A stretch of 64,000 nt of DNA. Source: Phaeosaccion multiseriatum. Its lineage: Eukaryota > Protista > Ochrophyta, other classes. Made by a program: the position numbers and the translations under genes. How positions within the stretch are numbered: position 1 is the first letter of the stretch; each line of letters opens with the position of its first letter. Location of the stretch: the NCBI GenBank assembly GCA_965112735.1, contig OZ218951.1, positions 3,782,001 to 3,846,000 of the forward strand, given 5' to 3'. Below the pieces are notes generated by a model. That model was not told the DNA's origin, did no database searches, and saw only the letters and a program-made list of their open reading frames with translations. Below, piece by piece: positions 47,238-63,258 of this stretch.

Positions 47238-50200
47238 ATGGGAAATGTAGACAGTCAGACCCTCGGCGCTTCCGCGTCCCTGGAGGCATCGCTCTGCCGC
47301 TTGGAGGAGAGACTCGGCAGCATGGAGGTGAGGCCTGACGAGGTGAATCCAGAGGGAAGCGAATGCGAGTCTCACAATCCACGTTTGTGCACCAGGCGTC
47401 TCACGAGGATGCTCAGGGGCACCATATGCCGTTCTCCTCCAGCAGAGATACGCGCCGCTTTGGTGCGTCGCTGTCCGCCAAGGCCTCTGTGCGAGTCTTG
47501 ACTGGCCCCGTCGTGGGGGAAGTGACGCCAAGCAGCGCTGTTGTACTGCTGGAAGTGCACGTCGACGGAGATACTGGTGCGTTTTAAAGATAGGGAGGGA
47601 AGAGGGAGCTCTCACTGGCATTGGTCGCCCCTAACAAAAGAGTGCTGCTCCTGAATGTTTCCAGGGGAAGGCGGCGAGGGCGGTAGAGCCGTCACCTCTG
47701 TCACGGCTTTCCTGTGCCTCGTGGACGATGGCTCATGTCCTCGGGGTAGAGTCATTACATCCAAAAAGGTACTCACAGACAACTTGGAGTGGGTCCTCCA
47801 GTTTTTTCTCCTGAAAGGCTTGAGCTGCTCCGCTTCGTTCGGGAAACAACAGGTGCTCTTAAGGTCCCATCGGCCAGGCGTCTTCTGCTTCGGGGGCGGG
47901 CCGGAAGTGAGTCTGCTACCCGGACGGAAGTACGCCGTTTGCTTTAGCGGCATCCAGAAAGATGATGCTCGCGCTCGAGTCGCCATGTTCCGGACCCCGG
48001 AGGCTACAGGTCAGTCAGTATTCAAGAGAGAAGCGGGCTGTGCTGGCCGTTCCTTCAATTGTACATCTCTTGTTGTGTACCGCACACGCAGGTCAGCAAC
48101 TCCTTCGCATGGTAGCCGTCAGCGGGAATTCAGGTCCGTTCACCTTTTCTGTGGGTCTTTCCAGTGCACCATCTGTAATCTGACATGGGGTGTCCATTGC
48201 AGGCGAGCCCTTGCCGTGGCAATTGCTGAGCGAGAGAGTTCTGAAAGGAGACAAAGGGTCGCTTCCGCCCGTGGACGTTTTGCTGCATCTCGGAGGACAG
48301 GTGTGGACAATGGAGAGTGTCGCCACTGCCCCCAGTGGAGCGCTTACGAACGTACTGTTACCCTTCCGCCAGGTGTGGATGCGGGACGCCTTTGAGGAAG
48401 CGTGGAGGTTGCTCTACGAGACCGACAGTGACCGGCAGCTGGGGGGCATGGAGCAGGGACTCGGCTGGGACGATGCAATGGAGGCGGCCGCGGAGAGGAT
48501 GAGGGATGTCTACCGAAGGAGCTGGAACAGCCCGTGAGTGCACACTCTTGTGATTGTCGGTAACCTCCCTCCTCCTTATGTCATGCAACAACTCTTGCGC
48601 ACCAACATGCAAAGGCACATACGCCTGGTGCTTTCTCGCGTGTCGAATGTCATGCTGGGTGGCGACACCGATGTGCACCCTCTCTTGCGAACCGAGCTGG
48701 CCCTCCAGGCTACTCAACACTCGATCTTGGAGGTGCGTGTTGTTCATTTCGTCCGTTGCCCTGTCGACCGCACTAACGACGCCACAACATCTTTCTCGTA
48801 CAGAGCACGAGTGTTGGGGGCGGGAATACTGGGACTGGAGATTTTGGTCCCAAAGGCAAAGCGGAGGTCTTGGCTTGCCTAATGCGGATTTGCAAAAGAG
48901 TGTTTCGAGAGTATCAGGGGCAGCTTTTGTGGCGGGTACGTGTCTCCCTTGGCGCGCGCTCCCTTTCTCTCTCTCTCTCGCCAACACTATTTCTACCTGT
49001 CTGCATCTTGAACAGGCAAAAGAAGCGTTTCCGGGAGGGCTTGAGCCGCGAACGGTAGGGGAAGAAGAGAGTGAGACAATGCAGTGGGCGAAGGAGCTCC
49101 AGCAGGCGCAGCGTCAAAAGCTGGTGAAGGAGAGAAAGTACGCCGTGGCGAAAGTGGCCCTGCAGCAGCTACAGGGGGCAAGCGAGCTGAGGTGAGTGGT
49201 TCAGTGCCTTCAATTCGTCTCTCGCAATGTTCTTGCTCCTCAATGCATGTATTTACAATCATGGGAACAGTGCGCAAGGGGCCAAGGAGGCTGCCCACCA
49301 GCTCGCCAGGCTGAAGGTAGAGATTGAGGATGCAGGGAGTGCGCTAATGGTGCTTCAGACTAGAGATCCGCCAACGTCACGGCCAGAGGGAGGCCTACTC
49401 TGGCTCGGACCTCACACCTTGCTGGCGGCGGTGGACACGCTGTGGACGAGGGTTGCATGGGATGGGAGAATACAGACCAACGGCGGTAAGAGAGAGAGAG
49501 CAACATATCCACCATCCCGTGGATGCCATCCTTTGCGGGCAAGACTGACGTGTTGTTTCTTCCGCCCCCAAAGATATTCTTGATCGCGAAGTTGTCAAGG
49601 CCTTGGCGGAGGAGCTTCAAAAGGACTCGGATCTATGCTCCCTGGTCATACTCTGCCAGGTCAGTTGTGTGTGGCGATTTGCGGCACACTCCTCTGCTCT
49701 ATGTTGTCTCACCACAACTTTGAACCTGTCTTCACACAAACACGCAGAGCCCCCTGGCACCCTGTGCAAGAACTTCTGCAGAGGCCTGCTGCCATCTGCT
49801 TGGGCTCCTCTTCGCATGGAAGGTGGGTTGGTTGGCGGGCCCCATCGAAGAAAGAAAGAAAGCTGTTCTTCATCGTCATTAAGGGACGACGTCTCCGTTC
49901 TCTGTGAATCACGCGCAGGAGGCTGAGCCTTGGAGGGAGGTGGTGATCGTCTGTGGCGTGCACGATGTCAGTGCCATGCGTAGCCACAGCGTGTGCCTCA
50001 CGTCGCACCAACACAGTAGTGCTGGAGTTATTCGGCAGTTCTCGCCAGGTGCCGTAGCAACTGGTGGGGTACAAGCTGACGGCGAAGTAAGTTTCGGCGA
50101 GTCGCGTTTCGGATACACACGTGTGCAGCCGGGAAGCGAGGGCCGGACTCCGATGCTGGAGCACGGCACCTTTCTGGAAGTTGTGTTGACAGCTGGCTCG

Positions 50201-50251
50201 AGTCCAGTCGAGATGATGGTGCGTACCTCACTCTGTTCGACAGTATCTCTC

Positions 50252-50294
<43 letters not shown>

Positions 50295-53200
50295 TTTGCT
50301 CACGACCTCTCACTGACGTGTGCAGGCAGCGGGCGACGAGAGATTGTCCTCCCGACCGACAGGCATCCGCGCAGGCGTTTCAGCGCGGCTACAGGTGCGT
50401 GAGTGAGGTGCTTGTTGCTGTGTGTGTGCCTGCCCCGAGACCATTTAACGCAAGCACACGAACACAGGGCATCTTTCTGCAAGGAGCACGAATGGTATTG
50501 GGCCCCATCATCGGCCGGGTGACGCAAAAGTCTGTCGTGGTGCTTGTAGAGGTCGAGGGCTCGGGCATGGGACAAGGAAGGGGCGGGCCTGTGAGCTGTG
50601 TCGTGCGCGACAGCCTCGGCGGGCAAGTGTACAAGCAGCTCAAGCTGGTGCCCGGAGGACGACCCTACGCCTTCTTCTTCTCCACGCTGACGCCCGACAG
50701 GCATTACACGTACGTCCCCATGCGCTGCTGCTCCTTGTTGTCTGGCCCGAGATCAGTCGGACCTCTCCTAAGTGCTGTATTGTATTGTATGTAACGCCCC
50801 GAACAGAGTATTCTTTGAAGGAATAGAACACGCCAGGCGGCGCATTGGCTCATTCACGACGCTTCCACACTGGCGCAATCGGAGGCTGCCTCCCCGCTCT
50901 GGATCAGGTAGGGAAGGACAGGAAGAAGATTGGGCAAAGCAATGGGTAGCCAACCACTGACAAAAGGCGAACCGCTCCATCAAAGACTTGCACGTGGACA
51001 CAGATTTCCAGCTGAACATGGTATTTGCTGCTGCTCTGGGCTCGTCGAGTGGTCCAAGCATTATGCACGCGGCCAGGGGTGGAAGGAGGGAGGAATGTGA
51101 GGAGGGGCTCTGCCAGGACTTGAGCAAGGTACGTGGGGTACAGGAGACGTGTGCGGATCATTGCGGGCCTTTGGAGGGGCTTTTGCGTCTAGGGTTACCC
51201 TCATTCCGGCGAACCCTTTTGCTTACGTCTCTGTAGACTCTCTGGCAGCCATGGGGAGAGGTTTCTTTCGTGGTTCACACTGGCGGCCAGGTAAGAGTGA
51301 CTCGACTATAGGGGAGTAATACATATGCTCAGTTTAGTCTGCTTTGTATTGGTTCGCCCCTCCTCTTGCTTGTCAGATTGACCTTAGGGTTGCAGCTGCG
51401 GAGGCCTTGGCTTGTCTCGCCGTGGCCGAAGCGGCGGGCGAGGGAAGCACGCAGAGAATACGACACGTGGAAGAGGCCATGGATCGAATACGGGCAGCCT
51501 ATCGGTTGCAGTGGTGAGCAGTATTCCCCCCCATCCCTCCTTCCCCTTCTTACCCAACAACCTGAGCGAGCACAAACTTGCTTCTGCCCACCGTAGGAGT
51601 CTCCCGCTGGTGCGCGCATGCCTCTCAAACGGCTCTCATTTGATGGTGAGAGGCCCTGCAGATTGTGGCCTATGTGACACGCAAGACGGAGACGGAGAAG
51701 GGGGTCTGGGCCATGGAGGGGGCGTGTCGAGCTTCTGCAGGACTACGCTCGCGCAGTTGGTTCAGAGGGCTTTTCGTGAGTACCAACGGCAGCTCTGGAA
51801 CCCGACTTCGGTACCAGCAGGTGACTCCTTTCTTCGCGACGGCTTTGCGCACGCTCTACGCTGATCTTTCTCTCACGCTGCTCCCCCCGCCCTTTGTTTA
51901 GGAGTGGACATGAGCGATGTTGCGTATCCGGTGGGGGCCTTGGGGAAGGACTGCGAGACGCAGCAGCAGAACACGGACGGCGAGTGGCACTTCCATAGCT
52001 GGGGAGACACCGTGGGCCTCGTTTGCTTGGACTCGACGGAGACCGCACAGCGGGGCGCCCAGCTGTCTGAGAAAGAGCTGCTCTCCGACGGGCAATGGCA
52101 GAACCTTCGTGCAGTGCTGACGACCATGCCCAGCCTCCAGTGCTTGTACGTTGTGAGCGGAGAGGCGTTTGTGACGGACAGCATTGCCGACGCAGCATAC
52201 AAGGCTCGTCAGCGAGAGGATCAGCGCCTGTTGCGCAGCTGGCCCTACCACGGAGGAGAGCTGCTGCGTCTCTTGCGAGCCCTCATGGATTGGAAGGTAG
52301 GTGGCTGCGGGCGGTGGTGACAGGTGACCGGCCCGTTTTGCCTTCGCTAACCCAACAACACACGTCTCCCCTCCCATACCTGCAGCTGGCGCGAACGACA
52401 GACGGAGAGCCGCGAGAGGTGGTTTTAGTGGGCGGTGGGGAGAGGTATCCTCTCCAGACAGCTATCACCGACCTGGAAGTAAGTCCCCAAGTACCCTGCT
52501 CTTCGAAAGAACAGAGTGAGAACGTCTCTGATGCTCGTGTGTCTCTATTCCCTCTCTCCAAGTCTCGACAGGAAATCACACAGTGGTTGACAGGTCCTTC
52601 GAGCGGCCTCCTTCCAAGGGGGGACGCGAACCAGTTTCAGTTCGAGAGTCGGGGTGACCTCAGCGACAGGTGTGTTCGAGCCCGCCTCCCTCCCTCCCTC
52701 CCGCACCACGACAGACTGCCAGACGCCTCTTCTTTTCGACCTCCCCACACACCACAGATTATCGTACCGCCACTTGGCGGTATCCGAAGCCACGGGAGAG
52801 GGCGACGCCAGCTCCCCCATGCCTCCTGCGCCGCCCTTGGACACTTCCCGGGATCAGCAAGGCCGTTTCAAGACGGGAGGTGGTCCTCCTCATCATTTGC
52901 TTATGCTGCGTTGCTGTGCAAAAGGCGCCGGGGCCAATAGCGACTTACACGTCGAGGGGCGCATGTTCTCAGCGCGGACACTGTGCCAGTGGTGGAAGGG
53001 ACGAGCAGGCCAAACGGCAGCAGCACGGCAGTCGGGGGAGGGCTTGGCCTTTTTGCCAACGGGGAGACCCCTGTGGGTCAAAGACTGGGTGGAGGACGCG
53101 CAACGCTGCCATGGCAATGGGAAGCTGCAGGATGCTATCATGCTCGCCATTGAGACAGAGCCTTGCTCTCAAGCCTTTGAGGCAGTCATCACCGCAGTGG

Positions 53201-53581
53201 GGGACGGCGACGCTGCTGAGGGCAATCTTCTCTACCCGCTCTTCCTCTCTTCCGTGCTATACAATTCCATGACGAAGCTCTACGACGAGGTGAGCTTTCC
53301 GCAGTAGCGACAACTGCAATGGCCTGGGCATCTGCGCACACTCACCCGCCCCACCGCCCCTCCTCTCTCTTGGCCAGGACTGCCACTCTGCCTTGAGGTC
53401 TGCAGCTCCGGCGCCGCCTTCTCCAGTCGTGGTAGAGACAATGGTGGAGCAGTGGTGCGGGGCGGGCGCTCTCTCGACGTCGTTCCACTCAGAGCCGGCG
53501 TTTAAGCGCCTTGTAGCCGAGGTGCTCGTGACCTCGAACCAAATCGCGGTCATGGGCCCTCCCCAATCGTGGCGCCCGTAG
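47238..53581 (+). CDS. Large many-exon protein with two degenerate PhoD-like phosphatase modules and an MGxxxS N-terminus
   Basis: GPVVGEVTPSSAVVLLEV and GPIIGRVTQKSVVVLVEV; LLHLGGQV and VVHTGGQ; YRRSWNSP and YRLQW. Not every exon boundary was verified. Confidence 0.6.
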
Positions 53582-53616
53582 ACGAAGAGAGAGAGCGAAA
53601 GCTCGGCCCCCGACGA

Positions 53617-53855
53617 TCGACCCTGGACAAGATTATCTGATTACTGATTACGGCCGGCGCAGCCGACCTGATTACTGATTATGACCGGCGCCAGCCGGCC
53701 TGATTACTGATTATGGCCCCAGCCCGAGGAAATGGCCGGCGCCAGTCGGCCTGCTTGCTGATTACAGCCGGTGACCAGCCTGATTCCGGGGGACGAATCA
53801 CACCTCCAGCGGCCGCCAGAATCACGAATCACGCCTCGCTCAGAATCACGTCAGG
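53617..53855. mobile_element. Degenerate member of the CGACCCCTGA-TIR group with CTGATTACTGATTA repeats
   Basis: Starts TCGACCCTGGA and ends CTCAGAATCACGTCAGG, identical to 42028-42044. Shares CCGGCGCCAGCCGG with the reverse complement of the 41774 element. Confidence 0.6.
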
Positions 53856-53912
53856 AGGCAGGCAGCCAGGGGGGTAGCAGCCAGGGGGCGGGTTAGATTG
53901 TTGGATATCGGG

Positions 53913-54360
53913 CGTCAGCCCCATGCACGCCTAGGCCTATTTGGGAGAATTGCCCGGCCTAGCGAGGGCCGTAGGCCCTAGGCCTATTTATATACCGCCG
54001 CCTAGGCGGCCTAGGCGGGCCGGAGGCCCGCGGCCTAGGGCAGACGCCAACTAGGCGGACGGTGGGAGTGCCCAGAGTGCAAAGAGTAGTAAAGAAATGG
54101 AAGTGAGGAGTAAACTTGGTTCGTGTCGTCTCTTTCCGCCTCGCTGGCCCCACGAGGAGTGCAAATGCAGGCCTACAGGTGTGCTGCTACCCACTGGCTG
54201 GGCGGCACCACGCACGCGCCCACGGTCACTGGGAGGCTGCCTAGAGGCGGGCTAGAGGCCGCCTACCGCCTAGGACTGAAAAGTGAGCGGCCTAGATCCG
54301 CCGAAGACCGAGCGGCCTAGCGGCCTAGAGCAAAACCGCTAGGCGTATATGGGGCTGACG
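53913..54360. mobile_element. 448-bp MITE-like element with 22-bp TIR (2 mismatches) and CTAG/CCTAGG arrays
   Basis: CGTCAGCCCCATGCACGCCTAG at 53913-53934 versus CTAGGCGTATATGGGGCTGACG at 54339-54360; no clean TSD. Confidence 0.65.
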
Positions 54361-54605
54361 GGCGGGCGGGCGGCCGGGCCCGGGGTTGACAACAAGTTCG
54401 CGCGATCACAGAACGCACGGAGCACCAACGCGTACACTTCCGGAGAGCAACAACACTTCCTATCCCCTTCACGATATATATTCCTCGCCGCCCCTTGAAC
54501 GGCTTGCGCAGTCCTCCATGCCTGCAAGATCTAAGAGTGACTTCTCGTGATCTCACCACCGACGTAGCACCAGCGCGTCACCACCACCTATAAAGCGGCT
54601 CTGCA

Positions 54606-56774
54606 ATGCGGCAGGAGGCGGAGCAGGACGCGGAGGCTCTCTTGCAGGAAGACGCAGACGTTTTCTATGGAGCTGTAGATGATGCGAAGGCCGCGGGGAG
54701 GGAGGTGATTTTGCCACTAAGGGAGGAGGTTGTGCCGCTGAGTGGGGGGCTCAAGTCCCCAATCCACAGGGAGCGGAGAGCGCAATCATGGTTCTCTTTT
54801 CGTGGCGTACCAAGAAGTGTGGCTGGCGCTCTTGGGGTTGTGGGCCAAGCAGGCACCTCGTCCTTGAACTTGGCGAGCGACGGTGAGTGTGTGTGTGCGC
54901 TTTGTGAATGGTGTGGTGTGTACTGCGTGCTCTCACACTCTCCCTCCTTTCACAGACTCTATGTTGCACCAAAGGAGCTGGCGAGCCGGCACCTTTTCTT
55001 CTCGGGCATTGAATACATTTCTCAGGCGGATCGAGGAAGATGCTCGCATAACATATTATTTGGACAGCGACCGTGAGGAGGAGGAGGAGGAGGAGGAGGA
55101 GAGGGGTGAAGTGAAGGCTGGTGGAGTGGGACGCGCGGTGCTGACCTTTATCAAGGGGATGGTAGGGTCGTACATATTGTACACGCCCAAACTCTCCCAC
55201 AATGGTGGCATGCTCTTTACGGCAGTGGCTCTTCTCTTGACAGCGCTCTATTCGGCGGACAATATGCTCAGTTTGGTGGCGTGTGCGTCGAAGACGGTGA
55301 GCTGAATTCGAGACTTTCGCCCAATGGTTTGCTGCGGGCCTGTCCTAAAAGCGCCCTCCCTGCATTGCTTTGCACACACAAGGGTCTTCATTCATACGGG
55401 CAGATAGCAATGGCGGCTTTCGGGCCTCACGGGCAAACAGCAGTAGACATCTCGCTGGTGCTGAGCCAGATGGGCTTTTGTGTCACCTACGTCATCTTCG
55501 TCTCCACCAATCTCTCTCAAGTCCTGGCTATAGATGCCGATTCTCTAGTCTATTTGCAGGTACGAGAGCGAGAAAGGGCGAGGGGGAGAGCGTCCCGGGC
55601 CTTTCTCAACTATCAACGCTGAAACTCTCGCTGCGTGCAACACAATAGGTGCTCATCTACGTGCCGCTGTCGTTCATACGAAAGCTGAAGCGCATGGCGT
55701 TGATGATGGTGGTGGCCAATGTGTGCATGGGTGTGGGCATATTGCTCCTCATCTCGAGCAGCGCCACCAGGGTGATTGAGGGGGGCGAGGGGGTGGGGGA
55801 GGTGGAGCTCTTTGTACCCGAGAACAGCATCATCGTGGCCGGCGCGGTTGTCACGTGCTTCGAGGGAATCGGTAAGTCTCTCCTCTCCCCGCATTGACGT
55901 GCTTGCTAGAGGGCTCCTTGTCCCCTCCCCTGTCGTCTTGCCCTCACTCACTTACATCATTGCTGCTGCTCGCGGTTCGGCACTCCAGGTCTCGTCCTTC
56001 CTGTCCGAGACAGCCTCCCACCCGAGATCCACGACCAGTACCCACGCGTCGTTCTGCTCGTTATGGTGTCGCTGGGACTGTTCTTTGCGGGCTTCTCGAG
56101 TCTGGGGTACTACGCTTTCGGCGACGACATCAAAACCTTCATCTCCATGAATCTGCCGAGCGGCGGCCCCGCGTCCATCACGACCATCTCCCTGTATTCG
56201 ATCATGATCATCTTCTCCTTCCCCCTGCAGCTCTTCCCCGCCATCAAAGCACTGGTGAGTCTTGCAAAGCCCAAACGTGTTTCTTGTGCTCGAAATCGAC
56301 CCTCCCTCGGCTCTTCTTCTACTTCCCGCTGGTGCAGGAGCGGATGCTGGGGCTTTCTGGGCGCAAGGAGCACACAGGGAGGACCTTCTGCACAACCTGG
56401 ATTAAGAATCTGCTCAGAATCCTCACCGTGTCACGTACGTACAGTACGCAAGTATGTATTCACGTATGTTGGGCTGTTGTGTGACTCACTAAGACGTGCC
56501 CATCGCCATGTACTCCTTGTCCCGCGCCACAGTCATCGCCTTCATCGGCCTGCGGGCACGCGACTCCTTCGACTCCTTTGCGGGACTCATCGGGGGGCTT
56601 TGCTCGGCCCCCCTCGCCATCATCTACCCTCCTCTCTTCACTCTAAAGCTGAGGCGGAAGGACCTGTCCCCCGGCCAGAGGGTGTGGACCAGTGCAGCGC
56701 TGCTCACTGGGGGGGTGGGCTCGCTCATGGTCACGTACATTTCCATCGCGACGTGGGGCCGGAAAGAAGGTTGA
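54606..56774 (+). CDS. Amino acid transporter (Aa_trans/SLC36-AVT3-like), multi-exon
   Basis: IKGMVGSYILYTPK, SYGQIAMAAFG, SQMGFCVTYVIF, CFEGIG, FSFPLQLFPAI. Confidence 0.88.
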
Positions 56775-57308
56775 GTTGACGAGCGCCGCAAAGACGAAAT
56801 GTGTGCCGCATCTTCCATCAATCATGGTCTCGGCCGGAGACAGCACCATCCCCCCCCCCCCACACACGAGATGCACTAGAGTTACAGAGGATTCTCCCCT
56901 GCGAGGCAGGCGAACACTGCTGCTCTACTGTGTCAATTTTGAAACAGCTCAAGATTTTGAAGGCTTCGTATGCCCCATACAATTGTAGAGACTTTAGAGT
57001 GCTTAGACTTTTGCCACCTTTTCTGGGAGGGTGTTCTCCGATCTGATTCAAATCAATACTCCCCCCTTTCCCCCTCAGTGCTGCTGCGTTCCTTACAGTA
57101 CTGCGCGTCGGCACGTCACGCTATCCATGCACGGACTCAATCAATGTACGATACGGGCCAGTTGAGGCAGTCGGTCAGCAGCTGGGCTGGATCAATGAAC
57201 TCAGCCCTATGATCAGACGCATACACCTGCACCCACCTTCATCAAGACCCTCCTTGCCTTGTTTTGGGGTGCTCTGCGTCTGTAGGGGTGGTGCGAAAGT
57301 GCGAAAGG

Positions 57309-58916
57309 TTACATGCACACTGCTGCTCCTCTCTCGTCGATCTCCTCTCTCCTTGCTCCTCTCTCTTCTTGGAGGAACGCTCCATCGGGTACTGCCGGAA
57401 CAACCTCGTAGGGCTGGGTCATCTCCACGGACACGCCGCTCGCACCGGCAACAGACCTTGTCCTACAAGTACTCAAGTCTGCGATTCCCACTGAGAGGGC
57501 AGAGACAAGTGCCACGCAGACGCCTCCTCGGAAAGTGTTCACCGCCCCCTCTTTCTGGTACCAATAGCCTCCACCGAGAGCTCCTCCGGCAAAGCCCAAG
57601 CCCCAGTGCAAGCCCGTGACCACTCCTTGCATGACAGATGACTTTTTACCCGAGACATCATGAGCGAAAGTCGTGCTGGCTGACCACATAGCCGCAAAGG
57701 TTAACCCATGCAAAATTTCGCACTGAAGGAGAGAGAGCGGGAGAGGGGGAGTAAAAAAGAATGGGGAAACGTTTTGTTACTCAGGCAAAGCAGCTCACTC
57801 ACCGGCAAGACGGCCCACGGCTCGCGAAGCAAAGCGTAATAGGCGAAACGGAGCGCATATGCCAGCTGGGCAAGGACCATGACCCTCTTCACACCCAGGT
57901 ATCGATTGAGCGCCCCGGAGGCGGAGAAGAAGGGTACCTCTACGAAACAAGATATGGCACGAGCCAAACCGATTAGCAGTCCGCTCCGGACAAAGTAATG
58001 GTGAAAAACACGGCAAGAGTCGTCCAGCTCCTCAGCGCGCTCGGGGCCTGAGCAAGCACGTCCTTGGTCACGTCTTGCTGCTCTGTGGCGGAAGACAACG
58101 CTGCCATCAGGTCCGCGTTGAGCCCTGCAACGACTACGGCCAGGCTCAAGACAATGGCATACACGGAGAATACACCGGTCCACCCCAGGATGTCCTTGAA
58201 GCTCCCGGCAAGAAAGACCATTGTCCCAAAGCCCAGGGCGCCCCATAATCTTTGGCTGCCGTAGAGATCAGGCCCAATAGAAGCCATCACCGCGGCATCG
58301 AGAAGAGAACCGACAGGAGCGCTCAGGAAGGACACAACAACGACAATGGCCACCAACGCTGCACGTAATCCGAGGAGAGCGAGGCGAAGCCACGAGTTAC
58401 AAAATAGGCCGGCGAGGGGAGGCAAGCGGGGTAGACAAGCCTGCTCTTGGACCACTTTACTCACCAACGAAGTCGTCCACAAAGAGGTAGACGAACTGTC
58501 CAGCGCCTGACAACACGAGGCACCAAATAAACATCATACGATGGGTGGCAGTCCTGTCAGCGAAGTGGCACAGCGTAGGGGCCGCGACAAAGGCCACTAC
58601 GGGCGCCACAGAAGAAAGAACCCCGATGGCCGAGCCCTGAGTGGAGAAAGAGGAGGTGAGGGGCCCCGCGGGCGGGAGGAAGCAGATGAGGAACGTCGAC
58701 GGGTTGTAGGGGCTGGTACGAACACTCGGGCCGTTAGGTCCTCCCATACCTCGACATTCGAGGGGTTGGTACAAGCGAGGACAAGACGCAGCTTACCTTG
58801 AACGACTTCCCGGCCCAGAGGAGAGGCATGAACGGGAAGATGACGCCTTTGGAGCCAAACAGAGTGAAATACAATAGCTTGAGAACATGCCCTCTGCCGG
58901 CAGCTGCCGACGCCAT
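57309..58916 (-). pseudogene. MFSD6/MFS_1_like transporter with an apparent frameshifting deletion at about 57985 (pseudogene, null allele or assembly error)
   Basis: ADRT, YGSQRLWGALGFG, EVPFF, EILHGLTF motifs. The frame changes between FFTITLSG and GLLIGLAR with no intervening intron. Confidence 0.6.
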
Positions 58917-59263
58917 ATTCAAGCAAGAGCGGATGCCTCCGTCTCCACAGCTACCGGTGCTTCCGTCTCAACACGGCACCAGGCGTAGGCGTCTCGTCAA
59001 TGCAGGCGCCTGTCTTAGTAGCTACAGGCGCTTCTCAGGATGCGCTTTTGTCTTCACAGCTGCAGGCGCTTCTGTCTCAGCTACATGCGTAGGGAGGCTC
59101 CTTCTCATTCCTCGACAGCCACAGACGATCCTTCTACCTCAGCTTAGAGCTTTTTGACATTAAGTGCCATCTATGCATCCGAGGAACCAACTAGTGTATC
59201 ATTCACAGCTGGCGGGATGAATCACATAAAAAAGCGAGTCGTTGATGTGTGAAAAGCGCCTTC

Positions 59264-62197
<2,934 letters not shown>

Positions 62198-63004
62198 TTG
62201 AAATAGGGGCAAGGTTGAGCTTTCCACTTGCAGAGACCTTGGATTTGGATGGAGCTTGCTTTGCACCAGTGCGAAGCGGGCTGGATGGGGGGGGGGGGTA
62301 TGCAAACCGCGGATTGGCACCCAACAAGTCGCTGGAGGTCATGGTGCCCGCCGACTGCTTACTGCTGTCTGTCTCGATGACTCCTTCCGCAGCAGCCTTT
62401 GACGAGAGCCCGGGAAGCGTGGGCTGGGACGTCACCTTTTGATTTGAGCCACGGAGACTGGTTATTTTCTTCATGCATTGCGCGGTTGCAGCAGCGCAAC
62501 CGCGATTGGACCATTTCGCAAACGGATGGACAACACACCAAGCTTTTATGGTGGCTCTTGCGACTCATGAGACTTGGCATGCGCGGCCACATGAGGGGCT
62601 CGGAGGATTGAATCTCGTACAGGACCTCCGTCTCGCGCCCTTTGCCTTGACGTTGTCTCTGAGGGTAGGGACTGTCGCCCTGCTCACTATCGCGTCCGCC
62701 CCAGGAGGCCACAGTCTCGTCTCCAGGGCCGAAGCTGTGTGACGGGGGGGGTGGTGGGGGGGGGAGCGGCGGATATATTTCGACATCTGGGTCCACGAGG
62801 TCTTCTTTTGGGTAACGTTACTTATGTAAGGTGCCGTGTGAGTGATGTTGGCCGTGTGGCAGTGGTCTGGACGGTGCGCAGGTCAGGGTGCCAGCGCTGG
62901 ACACAGGGAGATAAGTGCTACGTCTACGCATCTCTCTCGTTCGTAAGGGGCATGCACTTCCGTGCTAGTACCCAATGGGCCCAAGGCATTCAACCACACG
63001 CTAT

Positions 63005-63258
63005 TCGGCTCCCCGCAGGGCTTCTCGGGCTCCGGGCTTCTGGGCCATAGCCCCCTTCAGGCTTCGGGCTTCTGCACCGCAGGCCAGCGGTCTGGGCTTC
63101 AGGCTTCTCAGGGGGGCTCAGCCAGGGGGGGGGGGGGGGAGATTATGCCAGGTTTCTGGCCGCAGGCCAGCCCCGGGCTTCTTGCTTTCGGCCGCAGGCC
63201 GCCTCAGCCAGGCTTCTGCTTATCGGGGGGACAGAGAAGCCCTGCCTGCTGGAGCCGA
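63005..63258. mobile_element. 254-bp MITE with TCGGCTCC...GGAGCCGA ends, exact 6-bp TSD CGCTAT and GGCTTC array
   Basis: CGCTAT at 62999-63004 and 63259-63264; imperfect TIR TCGGCTCCCCGCAGGGCTTCTC / GAGAAGCCCTGCCTGCTGGAGCCGA. The adjacent sequence is rich in GCTAT/ATAGC like the 42096 element. Confidence 0.75.

Noticed and set aside
54585-54600. TATAAA as a TATA box
   Set aside because: Only about 11 nt before the predicted ATG, too close to call without TSS data.
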